A DNA stretch of 48,130 nt, the filler included, from Jimgerdemannia flammicorona (Eukaryota), in the NCBI GenBank assembly GCA_003990765.1. It is 2 parts of 2 records of this genome, joined end to end, with 100 filler letters (N's around TTAATTAATTAA, not from the genome) between each part and the next. Parts side by side here need not be neighbours in the genome. Positions count along the whole stretch, not along the records: positions 1 to 24,017 come from RBNJ01001032.1; positions 24,118 to 48,130 come from RBNJ01001033.1. The stretch is one strand, 5' to 3'. Positions 23,601-37,000 of this stretch are shown here, in pieces; the first letter of the stretch is position 1, and each line of letters begins with the position of its first letter. The notes beneath the pieces are model-generated. The model did not search any database. It worked only from the letters and a program-made list of their open reading frames with translations, and had not been told where the DNA came from. The position numbers and the translations under genes are program-made.

Positions 23601-23948
23601 CACTGACTCCCACCAACTCTACTGATTCTACCAATCCCACTAACTCCCACTAACTCTGCTAACCCCTACCCCACTTAGACTAGCATAGAGCTGCAAACAC
23701 TGGTATATACTCTCTGCTAACTACCTTATACTCTAAGCTGAACTTTTTTTTCTTTAAATAATTCACAAAAAATAATTTATTTCTGAATATTTTATTTAAT
23801 GCTGCAAAAATTATCCAATTTTAGTAGCCTATACTCTACCAAGACTTTAGGCATATATAGACTTAGATTGCCTCAGTATTTAGTATATATCTCTTAGAGG
23901 AAATGAGATCTACTCTACTAGAGAACATCCACTCAAACTGGAGCACTG
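20691..23948. mobile_element. Degenerate AT-rich repeat block, possibly a hAT-like DNA transposon relic
   Basis: Begins tagtactctg and ends tggagcactg, resembling the tagtgctc/gagcacta termini of the MITEs in this window. Nearly CpG-free, with subterminal-style short repeats. No matching TSD and no convincing transposase motif found. Confidence 0.3.
22820..23680 (+). repeat. Tandem repeat cluster: about 22-bp units (22820-22925), about 310-bp duplication (about 22960-23275 / 23280-23580), ccactaact-type units (23555-23680)
   Basis: About five tctttt(a/g)t(a/g)aaagttagg-like units. The block taaatctaca..agtctgatctg.actagagtct occurs twice. ccactaactc/ccaccaactc is repeated. Confidence 0.75.
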
Positions 23949-24017
23949 GTGGCAGAAATGATCAGATAGTCTCTAGCCATACTACATAGACTAAAGAAGA
24001 CTGTTTTTTTTTTTTTT

Positions 24018-24117
24018 NNNNNNNNNNNNNNNNNNNNNNNNNNNNNNNNNNNNNNNNNNNNTTAATTAATTAANNNNNNNNNNNNNNNNNNNNNNNNNNN
24101 NNNNNNNNNNNNNNNNN
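24018..24117. other. Assembly spacer: 44 N + TTAATTAATTAA + 44 N
   Basis: 100-nt symmetric gap containing a six-frame-stop linker; an artificial contig join. Confidence 0.97.
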
Positions 24118-24181
24118 CTCTCCCTCCATCCCCCTCCCCCCCATTACATTCCTTTTCCTTCTTTCCAATATACATATAACC

Positions 24182-26530
24182 ATGTTCAAAAACATCAACA
24201 AGAATGAAGCTGACCCGCTTCGCAGGGCCCGTCCTGTCTCCTCTGAATACGACGAGGAAGTCGCATACGAACGTACTCCCCACCATCACCAGAGGTACCC
24301 CATCTCCCATCTCGTTGTTCTTGCCAGACCGTAGCTTTCCTCTTCCCCTTAAACCGACGCCTTCCTCATCCCCTCCGCATCTAGCAGGAACCCTGCCTCT
24401 CTGCCCACTAGAGAGTATGGCTCGTCTGCTAGTCTCTTGGTAATATCTCACCGCCGTTTTCAATCAAATCAAACCACTCCGTCCATTTTCCTCACTTTTC
24501 CGCTCACCGAACCAACCAACCAAACCATCGCTCACCTCAACACCATCTCCAGATCTCCGACGAACAACGCCGCCGCTACCTTGAGAAGCACTTCTTCCAG
24601 GCCAGTACCTCTCCGTCTACCTCACCCGTCGACCTCAACCCACCACCCCGCGACGATTTCAGGCGCTCTCGCTCGCCTGTGGATCGGAGCGTGTCCCCAA
24701 CCTACTCAAACCCGGCGCACTCTCCCGTCGACCGGAGCGTCTCCCAGTCGTATGACAAGTACGACACTTACGCCCGTGATTCACTCATCGACCCGCAGGC
24801 TAGCGACGAGCAGTACTTCTACGCTGACGATTATTCAGGTACTTTGGGAATCGAGCGCAGGAACGAGAACGAGGATACACGCATTCGCGCGGTATGGTTT
24901 GTGTGCTTGTTTATTATTATTATTTTTATTCATCATCTTCATGTTAAATCCTGCAGAACCACCTGTGAAAGCGGCTCCGTACCAAGGTCGTCATCTTATT
25001 GCCAAGACCCAGCCGCAGCAGGAGCCCTCGCCCGTCTCGCCTGTCACCCCGAGTCGTAGCTACCTCCATGACGACGACGGTATTATGGATTCAGAGATGC
25101 GAGGCTCGCGTGCGGCGACGCCGATGCCCACAGGTGATCAACAGTACCAGCAGCAGCAGCAGCAGTACCAGCAGCAGCAGCAGTACCAGCAGCAGCAGTA
25201 TCGACAGCAGCAGCAGCAGCACCAGTACCAACAGCACCAGTACACGGACTCGGCGCCTACACGGTACCAGCAACCGCCTCAACCAGCCGCGGTGCGTTAC
25301 GAACAGCCCAGTCAGCAGCACATGTCCATGACAGCCGAGGTCATCTATGGCACCTCGCCAACCCACTCACAAGAGTTGCCTCAGAGGTCCTCCTCCCGCA
25401 ACCAGCACTCTTCCCCCCACCACGCCCACCACGCGTCCTCCTCCATCTCTTCCTGGAACCAGCCCGATCGTCACCCCTCGCAACGCCAGCAGCCCCCGCC
25501 TTCCCTCGGCCCCACCCCGCCCAACTCCTCCTCCTCTCGCCATGCGCCCCTGACCCCACTCGTCATCCCCCCGACCCCCGTCCGTTCGACCTCGTCCCCC
25601 ATCGTAAACCCGAGCGACCTCCCGCGTGGATTCAATCCGTCCCCTTACTCGCCCCCTTCGTCTAATCCACAATCTCCGGCTACCACTAGCCCGCTCGCCC
25701 CACCACCAGTACCGACAGGCAATTCCCACTCGACCCCGATGCGCGAGAAGCCATCAGCGTCGTCGAGCAAGTCGAAAAAGGAGGACTTCACGCCTACAAG
25801 CGAGGCCGAGGCCAACGTGGCCAAGGCTATCAAGTACCACGAGGCCGGGAAGCTCGAGGAAGCCACCAAGTACTTCAGACTTGCTGCGGAGCAGGATTCG
25901 CCGTTGGGCATGTTCCTGTATGGGATCTCGCTGAGGCACGGTTGGGTAAGTGTCCTTTGTGACTGCAAAAAAATGCGTTTGACACACTATCGATCCTTAC
26001 GCATTGCTGACCTCCATCACCTCGTCGTTCTTCTCGACACATAGGGCTGCGCGCCAAACCCCCACCTCGCCTTCCAGTATCTCCAAAAGTCGGCCGAGTT
26101 TGCCGTCGTCGATCTCAACAACCTCAAGACGGTCAACACGTCCGCGAGCAAGGGTGAACTCGTTATGGCCATCTACGAGCTCGGCGTTTCCTTCCGCCAC
26201 GGCTGGGGTGTGCCAAAGAACAAACAGACCGCCGCGTACTACTTTGAGATTGCGGCGAATCTGGTGAGATTTTGTGGCCTGTTGTTTTCGTTGTCTGCTT
26301 TGATTCGACGTTATGAGTTTGATTCTAACCATCTACCGCGTCATTCGCGAATCTCCAAACTACAGGGCGATCCCGATGCCCAGAACGACCTGGCCCACTG
26401 CTTCTATCACGGTCACGGCGTCAAGAAAGACATGTTTAAAGCCGCTAAATACTATCGCCTTGCGGCGGCACAGGGCCATGGGATCATGGGCAACTCTTGG
26501 ATCTTCAAGGAGAAATACAACGTCGCCTAA
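24182..26530 (+). CDS. Sel1-like repeat protein of the Dsf2/Nif1-like fungal family; exons 24182-24294, 24388-24439, 24553-24838, 24957-25945, 26045-26263, 26366-26530
   Basis: Phase-consistent GT-AG model. Low-complexity S/P/Q-rich N-terminus (polyQ about 25140-25245). C-terminal SLRs MFLYGISLRHGWGC, AIYELGVSFRHGWGVPKN and AQNDLAHCFYHGHGVKKD, with family-type ending GNSWIFKEKY. The first two exons are less certain. Confidence 0.85.
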
Positions 26531-26531
26531 A

Positions 26532-26617
26532 CGGCGTGGCGTAACGTGGCGTGGCGTAACGTGGCGTGGCGTAACGTGGCGTGGCGTGGCGTGGCGTGGT
26601 GTGGTGTGGCGTGGCAC
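26532..26617 (+). repeat. GGCGT/AACGT pentamer microsatellite in 3' UTR
   Basis: (ggcgtggcgtaacgt)x3, then a ggcgt/ggtgt run directly after the stop codon. Confidence 0.9.
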
Positions 26618-27149
26618 GTACGGTGACGAACAGCGGGCTATGAACCTGTTGGCAAAGTCGCGCGGAATCGCGTGCACGCTCTGCACTCATTAAGAGAGCA
26701 TGGCGTGGTGGTCCCGCTTGGAGATGAAACTGTTGTGCGTCGTGTGTGGAACGTTGGACAGATTTGTTGAACGGATGGTCCAAATTGGTTTCCCGGGCAC
26801 CTGGGCAGCACCACGCGAAAAGAGGGTCTCACACACACGACACGAATGCCTGGGGCATATGTGACTAGTCTATATTTGGTTGAACGATGAATTGATGATG
26901 CACGTGCGGATACTCTTACCTGTTGCTTCTCGCGGACTTCTTAGCTGTTTTTACTTTACATTCCTTTATCCATTTCCCTTTCCCTGTCGGGTTGTTTGTC
27001 ATTACGATCACTTCCCCTTTAATCCACACACCCTCTCGGCATTTCGCCTTCCATGGCCATGGAAAAGAACACCTACACGTGGGATAAGAGAGATGATTGG
27101 AGATCCCGAATCCATCGAGTACAGCGAACCCAATTTGCAGGCGTTGTCC

Positions 27150-27192
<43 letters not shown>

Positions 27193-27903
27193 GCGTGCTC
27201 CGACGACGAATCTTCAACCTCAAAAGCTTTTTTCGCACGACGTGACAGGATGGCCCCGTGAACCGTGAAAGTCTCTCACCCGTACCGACTGAACCTGGGA
27301 ATGTTGAACTGCTTTCGGATTTTTCTTGCCTTGTTTGTTTTGCGAAATGTAAATATTTCCCAACTCGACGATAATGCATATTCTCTGCGGTAGGACTCAA
27401 ATAGATATTACTAGCCCCCGCTGTCTTAAATCAACTGGTGTTTCCATCCATCCGAGCGCATTGGTTGATATATATAAATCGGCTTCAACCGTCGCTCATC
27501 GCTCGTTGCTCATCGCGAGCCCGTTCGCCACTCACACCTAGCGAGCTAGAGGTGGATATAGCGAAGGCATCTTTAATGAACACTCCCCAGAGCATTTATG
27601 CTCAAGATAAAAGGGTGCGGGATATTGCGCGACGCCAAGCAAACAAAACGAGAATAAATCCAGCCTCCTCCAGATATGACAATCCCCCCCCCCCCCTCCC
27701 ATGCATCTCGCCAGACTGCAGTAGGAAGCAGGAATGCGGATAGTATTTTATTTTATTTTATTTTATTTATACATTGGTAGCTTTGGATTTTTTCCTGGCG
27801 TAGACGTCGACACCAACAAATCAACGCAAATGTGGCCAGAAATGGAAGATGATTGAAGTAGTGTTTTCGTAAGCGACTTGTACACTGTATTTATGGCTGA
27901 AGG

Positions 27904-29332
27904 TAGTGCTCGGAATGAATCGAGGTCCAATTCAATTCAAGTTTTGATTTGAACCTTAATTTTCAAATTCAATAATTCTATTTTTTTTGTTTTACGGACT
28001 CATGTCCTGCGGATTTTTATTGGAAGGGAACCTAGACTATATAGGCCAAAACCCTCCCCCACCACCCACCAATAACCTAGGCTAGTTATTGTCCAGCAGC
28101 TTGACCATGCCAGGCATAGCAGGGCCGAAAAGGCCTGCACCTCATTTTGTGCACCATGCTCTCTCTACTACCAGGGGAAACCCAACCATACGCCAATGAC
28201 TGAAAGCACACCCAACATATGTACAAGGCCACACCCGAGCCAAATAGAATAGCCCCTGCCACCCCAAAGAGAATGATAGGTAAAGAAAAAACCCTTGTCA
28301 AAGCACAATATGGTGGGTAGGGCCTAGTTCTCCCAGTCGAGATGAGTAAAGGAGTTATACGTGAGGTGGGAGGAAACCCCCAATACCCCACTACTCAAGC
28401 CTGCGGGCCTCGATCATGTTGCCATATCAGTTCCCAGTTCTAGTTGAGTGTAGCCAAGATGCCTAAAATGGGTAGCCTCGGGCCTCCCGACCCCCCCTGA
28501 TGACTGGGGCCCAACCTCGCTGACTGCCAAAAGAAGCCGATAGTGACACCTACCACCTAACCATGCTGCACCAATCAAAAGGCCCCACCAAAGCAGCACC
28601 TGCCCCAGCCCTGACGACTGCCCCCAGTCTGGTATCCTACTGGTTCACCATTATTATCCTTTCTCCTATCTGTGATGGCCATCTCCCCTTCCATCCCAAC
28701 AACACTCGAAAAACAGTCACATATGCCAGAACCATGCTCATCGGGAAGCTCGCCAAAGCCAGAGGGCCCCACCATAGGTACTGAGGACCTGCAAGTAACC
28801 TACACTGAGCACTTGATGCCCAAGGTTGGCCGACTCTCTACATAGCCTGAGATACACCAAGACAACACCTTGTTGGTGATGGCAAAAGGAAGAAGGCACT
28901 GCACCAAAACGGGTATACCCCAGACATAGCCGAAGACACCAGAATCTGCGAAAAAGTGGAGGAAGCACCAATCCAACACCAATAAAGGGGCAACTCATTA
29001 CCATTGCCCTCCTCCCACTATGCCCTTACAGATACAGCAAACCAACCCGAGATAGAGGGGGTAATATTAGGGGAAAGGAGACTCGGAAGATCGCCTACCA
29101 AACCTTGTAGCTGGTAAGATAGCAGAGAAAGGAGCTGATTCAATAATTCTATGAAAACATCCAAATTTGATAAAATTTAGCTTATTAGATTTTTTTTTAT
29201 CTAGCATAATAAGTATTGTTAAATTTGGTTGAGTTATTACATTTCAAAGTTCAACTCTTAATTTGGACCTCAATTTGATTTGAATCAAATTGAATCAATC
29301 CCAATTTGATTCAATTTATTTGGGGAGCACTA
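27904..29332. mobile_element. hAT-type MITE interrupted by SINE-like copy 4
   Basis: Termini tagtgctc...gagcacta. 8-bp TSD gctgaagg (27896-27903) / gctgaaga (29333-29340), 7 of 8 matching. Internal sequence is similar to the MITE at 39256-39615. Confidence 0.8.
27982..29137 (-). mobile_element. SINE-like retroelement, copy 4
   Basis: Poly-T left end. Exact 15-bp TSD attcaataattctat at 27967-27981 and 29138-29152. Confidence 0.9.
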
Positions 29333-31058
29333 GCTGAAGATATGTGTAAACAATAAATTATATAAACTGTAGCTATTAACATTATTATCTATAAAGAGTA
29401 GATATATATTTTGACTAAAACTATATAAATTACATTATAACTATTTCAATTTTATTTTATTTTATTTTTTTGTAAAATTTTCTACTTTTGTAATAAATTT
29501 ATAAATAAAGTTAATTTTTTTTTATATTTATCAAGAATAAGTAAGAGCTTTTGACTAAAATATAAACTATATATTTTTTTATCTGTAATAAGATTTAAAA
29601 GATTTTAAAATAAGATAATAAACTATATTATATATTGATAATTTTAATTTTAATTCCTTATAATAAAGACTAAATATCTCTAATTTAAAATTAATAATAG
29701 TAAATAGTTTTAGATTTTTTTTTTTTTAAAAAAAATATATATATATCTTTACTAAATAAATAGATTCTTAAGTTTATATTTTAACAAAGTAAACTAACTA
29801 TTTATATCTCTCTCTCATACTTTTAATAAAGTCTAATATTAGAGCTAAAAGTCAACTGATATTGTGATGTAGCTATATGAGGCACAATTTTTCAATATAA
29901 GATAATTATATGCGACTTTTATGGTTCTGGTGATTCGGATCATCACACGGCTGTCACATGACTTTGTCGACTTTGTAGATTTCCTCAAGCACCTTTTTCT
30001 TGGTATCCGACCAACGGGCCAATACAAAGAAAAGGATGCTTGAGGAGAGGAGGCCTATGTGGTAAATGCTCTGCAGAGGCATATGTCCATTTTCAAATAT
30101 TCTCTAAGCACCTATCTGATTCTGTATCAAATGACTGATGATATATATATATAGGACTCGTGCCGGGAAGCACGCATCACAACATTCATCCAAATGGGTG
30201 AATAATGTATCCTCTAGGGTATCAAGATGTCTATTTCCATCACCGTCTGAAATCCGACAATACCGAAGCATATAGTGGTGGCGAGGAACCAGGTATCTGA
30301 CGGTTGAACGCCAGTCGTCCCGATCTCGCGTCTGTCGACATCCCAGCGGACCAACATGCTCTTCTACTAGCTCCACGCAGAATTCGATAAACGCTCTATG
30401 TCGGACGGTCATGGCGCACATCGCCCTGGTGAATTTTCGGGACGGGTTTCGGGAGCTAGTCCCCAACTTCCGGCATGAGAGAGCACATGCAATTTGCAAT
30501 ATGCAGTATGTCAACTATCTTATCAATTACCTTTCCCTTGCAGTTGATCAAGTGATTTTATCTAAACCTCTCCGTCACCCTCTCCATTCCGATTGGTAGG
30601 GTGTAAAGAATGATTTATTCTCTCCTAGATCATTTTCGAGAGCCATCCGAAAATCACACAATGACACCCTGTGGATTACGCAACAAGGATGAAAGGTGTG
30701 GGGAGATCGTCGGTCGATAAAACGGCAAGACAATAGACCGAAGGATGCCCGTCACAGGAAAATAAAATATTATTCGCACCAACTTTCATTCCGACACATC
30801 CCCAAGCACAAGGAACGAATTAATTTGGTGTACAAAGCAAAATGGGAACGTGCAGGAACAAGATTATTACAATTATATCTAGTAGAAAACCAGCGGCATG
30901 CCACGCGGTTTAATGCAGTTGTTCTTTCCTGGTCCGCCACAAAATGGTTTAGCAGGAAAAAGCATAGATGCAAAAAGAAGGTTCAACAATAACTGAAGAT
31001 GGAAGTTTCAAAGGTCCATCGGCCAAACGACCTCCCTCTTTTCCAACACGAGACGCAC

Positions 31059-32735
31059 TCAATCATCGCTCTCAGGCTCCTCAAAGATCTTTTCGGCAAC
31101 GACGTACTTGTCTTCGTACTTGACCAATCTCTTTACGCATGCGACGGTCGACGGCAGGGTCAGGAATAACCAAGCCGCGACCGGTAACCATACATAATCA
31201 AATGCGTTCTTCCAGGTACGCGAGTCGGCCTTGAGGAGGAGCTTGCGGTCAACGGTGCGGTGCAGGTTCTCGTAGACGGCAAGCATGCCGAACAAAGGCA
31301 TAGGCAGCAGGACGGTGATAATTTTGACGAGGTTCCAAAGGGTGGCGTAAAATTCAGAGTTGAGGATCGGATTTTCGGAGGGGGTAACGTACGACAGGAG
31401 TGGATGTGGTGGAAACAAGAGAAACTGCATCACGGGCACGGCAGCGAACATGAGCCAGCCAGAGGTGCAAGGAATCATGTGCGCCTCAAGGACGTGGAAG
31501 CAGACCACGATCTTGTCAAACACGTTGGCGAAGGAGCTGTAAAGGCTCTGCTTGTTGGAATTGAGGAAGCCAGATTTCGTGTCGAGGCTGCTCTGGTGTT
31601 TCGCGGTGAAAGTGCCCTTGAGGGTGTAGGTGACATCGGCGACGCCGTTCATGTGGCGGGTGGCCTGCACGTATCGTGCATAAAGGTTTGACACGTATCC
31701 AGTCGTCTGCACGTTGGTGAGATTGATGGGAACGAAAATGGGGACCGAGCGCGCCAAACCGTTCGTCTTAAAGAAGCATTTGAGCCACATATGCATATCC
31801 TCGCCGACAGAATCGGCATCCACGTCCCAGTACCCCACTCGCTCGGCCAAGACCATACTCAGGCTGTAAGTGGAGCATGGGAAGGCAAGGCCTCGGCTGT
31901 TGCTCAAGTTCTGCATTACCATGATCGACCATGTGGTATCCGTGACACGCACAGCCGCAGGAACGTCCATCGCATTGCGGGAGAAGAAGATCGGGGGAGA
32001 GCACAGAGTGGTATAAGGATCCTCGGCCTGGCTCAGAGCTTTCTCGACCTTTAACACACAGAGAAAAGAATATGAAAGGCAAATAAATAAATAAAAATAA
32101 AAATAACCTCCACACCCGCCCCTACCCCAAAACCGGATTTATGCCACCAACAGTTTCAATACCATTTTTCCCAAGCAGAAACTCCACAAATACCAGTTCC
32201 TCTCTCCCCCCACCCACCAAAAAAATCAATGTACTATCCTCACCTCCTTTATATACAATTCAGGGATAGCCGAATCTGAATCCGTAACAGTGAAGACGAC
32301 CCTGCGCTTCTCCACATTGCGATGGATCATGTCCTGGGCAGCGGCCTTTGCGGCGTATGCAACATTGCTGCCCTTGCCGCGGGCTTCGCCAGGGATACCG
32401 GACGGGTGAACGGTGACGATGAAGTGGAGAAATTGCTTGGCGAAGTAGTCTTGCAGGCTTTGGGCTTTGAACTCGTGATTCGACTCAGAGGCCTCCATGG
32501 CCAGGATGATGACGTAATTGGTTTGCGCGTTCCTGAAAAAATGGGCATAGAATGAGTACGCAAGTTCTGTGGTGCCATAGATATCCCCGATAGAATACCC
32601 TTGCTATTCAGTCGTCTTCCGAGTAACCAAGAATCACAGATTCCCCTCCATCCATTTGACCTTTCTTGATTGCGTATGCTGTCCAGAAACTCATCCGAAA
32701 AAAAAAACTTCCTCGCACCGAATATATCACTTCCT

Positions 32736-32775
<40 letters not shown>

Positions 32776-33239
32776 AGAGCGGTTGCGGTCTTGTTGGCTC
32801 ACCTGTGGCTCGCCAATCTCTTAATCGTATCCCTCAACAGCGCCTCGGGCTCAGCGTAGTTCGGAATTATGAAGGCGTGGATCCAGTGCGGGTCCTCATA
32901 AAGCTTCAGGCTGGCCTCCACGTCGTCAAATTCTGATAGGGTAGTGTAGCTGGTACGGGTCGGGGTGGGCGAGTTGGTGGCACTATTCGTGTTGGTGTCT
33001 GCGGAGACAGTACGCTGTTGAGTGGCGTGCCATCGCCTGGCGTTGTTCATCACCTTGCGGGCCGTGATGCAGAATTTAAAAAAGTGGTTGATGGATAGAT
33101 AGAGGTAGGTCGTGAAATAGAAGAAAAGGAAGATCAGGTAGGTACGCGGGATGAGGAGGGGCCCCAGGGGCATCAAAAGGATGGCGCCAATGGCGGCGGT
33201 GGGGGCGATAAGGTCAAAGGGGTGGTGAAGGACATTCAT
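31059..33239 (-). CDS. Membrane-bound family 2 glycosyltransferase-like protein; exons 33239-32803, 32532-32244, 32048-31059
   Basis: In-frame GT-AG model. Motifs HAFIIPNYAE, GKGSNV, TVTDSD (DxD), VGEDMHM (ED catalytic base) and QATRH (QxxRW-like), with N- and C-terminal hydrophobic helices. An additional upstream exon cannot be excluded. Confidence 0.85.
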
Positions 33240-34085
33240 CGCGACTAACGTTGCAAAGAGGGGATAATCGTTTGTTTTTGGGGATGCCAAGAGAACGTCG
33301 TCAGACGAGAGGGTATATCTACAACTGTATTAATTACGGGGGATACGACCTTAATAAAGGCTGTACCTTTTTCTATGTAATAGTGAAAGGAAAAAGTAAA
33401 GAGAAAAGAGAAAAGGGAGAGAAAATGATGGAACAAAAAAAAAGAAGGTACGCCAAGAACAAAAAAAAAAAAGGTACGCCAAGAAAGTTTGACGGCTCGG
33501 TGGTGTGGCGGAGATTGCAGTCTGTGTCACGAACGAGATTCAATTGACGGTTGCTTGTCAATAATGAAGAAGAGGTTCGCTAAGAAGCTACGGGTAGGGT
33601 GGGGTGTGGTGGAGTGCGGTTCCAGGTGTTCTCGTGGGCAGGTCAGAACTGGTTTCGCGTGTGGCGCGTCAAGTGACGAGCCGTAAAGCTCTTTTTCCTT
33701 TTGCGTATTGGCGGACGTCATTCTGAGAAAACTCGGACGCGCAAAAATGCAATTATCTGATAGCCATCAAACGCCACGAAAGCGCTGCCATACATGCTAC
33801 CATATAATTATACCAATTTATACCACACAGATGCGGGACCATGCTGTCTCAATTGATGCACAATCATTCACTATCCTACAGTTTACAGTTTTGGAAGGGC
33901 AATTAGGTATAATTGTATATCCATGTAAACAGATAGACACCACCGCCTTATATCTCATATCCACACACCACCTCATCTTGGCCGTTGTGGCTCGTGCAGC
34001 CTGAACATGTGACATTGACATACAAAGTCACAGGGGCGCAGGATGCATTCTATCCAACTGCCGCCTAAGGAACTCACTCCCCATC

Positions 34086-37000
34086 ATGGCTCTATCCAGC
34101 CCACAAGATTACCAAACTGACTTGCTCCAAAAGTTTGAGCAGAGGGATAGGAGGGAACATGTTTTTACCATGTTCATAGATGCGCGTAAGTACCGTCCTA
34201 GCGCCACACTATGAAGGGTGTCAGAGATGCCAAACACCAAAGGAAGAATGAAACGATAGACTCTTGTGAGAGACCAAAGCGAAAGCATCATTTCTCGCGG
34301 TTGTTCCATCCCTCCTCCCAAAGAATCTTCTTTACCCTTTTGTTGATGACCTCTCATCTCTTGCAGACAACAGAATAGTCCAACAGAATATTGCCCTGAC
34401 ACAGCAAAATGAAATCCTCGAAAACACCGCAAGGGCCATGAAGGAGGATAATGAGAAGTTGAACACGGAGATTTCGCTGGCGAGAGAGCAAGGGTGAGTG
34501 TGGGGGGCTGAATTCAGCTTGTTTGGCAACCACGGAACGTCCCGTCCCGTAACGTATCATTGTCACCATTGTCACCTCAATTTGTAGGACCCCTTTGAAT
34601 CAGCAAAGGACTGCTGAGTTGGAGTCACAGATTCAGAATCTCAAGGAAGAACTCAGCGACCTCTACAGGACTCAGAGCCAGAATGCGCAGAGGCTTGTGG
34701 ATATGAACGAGGAGCTAAGGAAGAGGGAAGAACGCGAGAAGAGGCATCTAGAGGAGTAAGTGGTCATCATTTCTTGGCGTGTACATGGACGCTAGATATC
34801 AGATGATGTAGAAGCGCGATGGGTGTTTATGATTCCTTGACCTACTTAACTCCTCTTCCCCTTCGACAGGATACAATCGCTAACTGAAAATAGCAAAGTT
34901 CTCACGGACCAAAACGAGGCGCAGGCAGTTCTGCTGCAGACAAAGTCCAACACAATTCAGGTATGGATTGCTGGTTTACTCTACTCCCTCAATTTTTTTT
35001 TTTTTTTTTTTTTTGCATTGAGAGTGTTGGCACACCATTGATCTTTCGACCCGTCGGTTCTAAACAGCTTCTACACGATGAGCTGGCCACTGTCCAGTTG
35101 GAGCTGTTGAAGACGGAGGAGCGCATGAAGGAATTGGAGAAAGAGAATGGCCAGTTGCTCCAGCGATGGCTCAAGAAAATGAACGAAGAAGTCGAGAAGG
35201 TGAACCAGGCTAACACCATTTACGAAAGGTTGGTATTAATAAAGAAATATCTTCTTGAAGAAGGCCGGAAGTGGGGATTAGAACGGGCTAGCTTGCAATA
35301 TCCAAGTGATTGTGGCCTTTCGGAAAATAACAAGTGTTCATAACCGGACTTCTTTTCGAATTTGAAATTAGCGCAATGGAACAGGCTAGAACTACCGAGC
35401 AGATGGTATTCCGCGGGGCTGGCGCGAACCCTGTCGATGCCGCTCGTCGTCAGAATTCGAAAGCGGACATCTATTCCCCTCTAGTGGTTTTGCCTACGAC
35501 AGCACCCAAGAGACTGGTACGTGGATTCAGTCTCTCTTGTCTCTTCTTTACGCCAAGTTATTCCGTAATCCATGCATCAATCTCTTATATATATAACCCA
35601 TATAGACAGCGCACGACTCCGAGATCCACACCATACAGGTTTCGACGTCCGGCAACCTTTTTGCCACCGGCTCAAGCGACAAGAAGGTCAAGGTGTTTGA
35701 TGCACGAACGGGTACGCTATTATCAACAGCTACAGTATACGTGCATTTTTCCGCTCACTGTAACCCAGTAGGATTCTCGTTCTTTGTGTTGAATACATTT
35801 TTCTACACGTCTTTTTGCATACATGGACGCGTCATTTCTATATATTCTAGGTAACCCTACCCAAACGTTGACCGGGTCCCTTCTATCCATCATGTGTGTC
35901 GCATTCAACGCCAAGGATGACATGGTGCTGGGGGCATCGAATGACAATGCTACGAGGCTTTGGGATTTGGCGACTGGTAGACTCAGGGTACGATATCTAA
36001 TTCCTGCCGTGTGTGTAATTGGAGGATCGAGATGGCCGGGGCTGTTGATTAAGACAGTATGGATGATATCCCATCATCCGTTTTTCTGACACAATTTGTT
36101 TATAGCACACATTAACCGGTCACATAGGGAAGGTATACACAGCAAGATTTAATGGCGATTCTACCAAAGTGGTATGTGAGAAATTTTTCTTTAGTTGACA
36201 AAACCATTTCACCCAATGTAGCTTACATCTTGATGGAATATTTATTAAGATATCGGGAAGTCACGATAGAACAATCAAAGTATGGGATCTGCAGAAAGGA
36301 TATTGTGAGTGTTTTGAAGCACTTTGTAATCTATTACATTTCAATACAAGGCGTGCACTAACTCTTGAAAGCTCTCTTTGAACCTTTCTTGCTTTGCACA
36401 AAGGCACACGAACCATGTTCAGCTTCTCAAGCTGTAACGACTTATGTCTTGTTGACGAAGCTGGGTAAGCAATCGCTCAGGGCAGTGCCCTGCAGCAAAC
36501 AACGCTGATCACCGACATACCGTTGACGCTGACCTTCGTTCCCGCCTTCATCTGGTTTCGCACCAGCTCGACCATTGCGAGCGGCCATCTCGATAACAAT
36601 CTCCGGTTGTGGGACGTGCGAACAGGGAATGCGATTAAGGAGCTGACGGGAATTCACTTGGGTCAGATTACGTCGCTGTCTGTTTCGCCTGGTAAGTAGG
36701 ACAGAATAAAGAATAATAACGTTCATGTTATGCTGGAAGGTATTCGTGGTATCCACGTTATGATAAAATAGTTCACTCGTATGCGACTTACCTCTCGACT
36801 TTTTGGCTACCGATCACAGATGGATCAAAAATCCTGACCAACTCGCGAGACAACACTTTAAAGTTGATTGATCTACGTATGTACGAAGTCGTCAGTACAT
36901 TCCAGTAAGTATTTCCTTTCTATCTTCCTTGCCGCATTTCTTCTAATTTGAAATCTCGTGTCCTTTGCGTACCAGTTGTATTTTAACCATGGTCGACTGT

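Noticed and set aside
24437..24956. First 170 aa of the 535-aa ORF, including an apparent transmembrane segment (LCACLLLLFLFIIFML)
   Set aside because: Wrong frame plus translated intron; the hydrophobic run is the T-rich intron 24839-24956.
26532..26617. Pentamer array as CRISPR-like or telomeric repeat
   Set aside because: No spacers; a simple microsatellite in a 3' UTR.
29340..29840. Extremely AT-rich tract as origin or centromere-like element
   Set aside because: Consistent with terminally eroded repeat DNA; no specific structure visible.
30104..30514. 136-aa ORF in a CpG-rich patch
   Set aside because: No recognisable motif or splice model; may be a gene remnant but unsupported.
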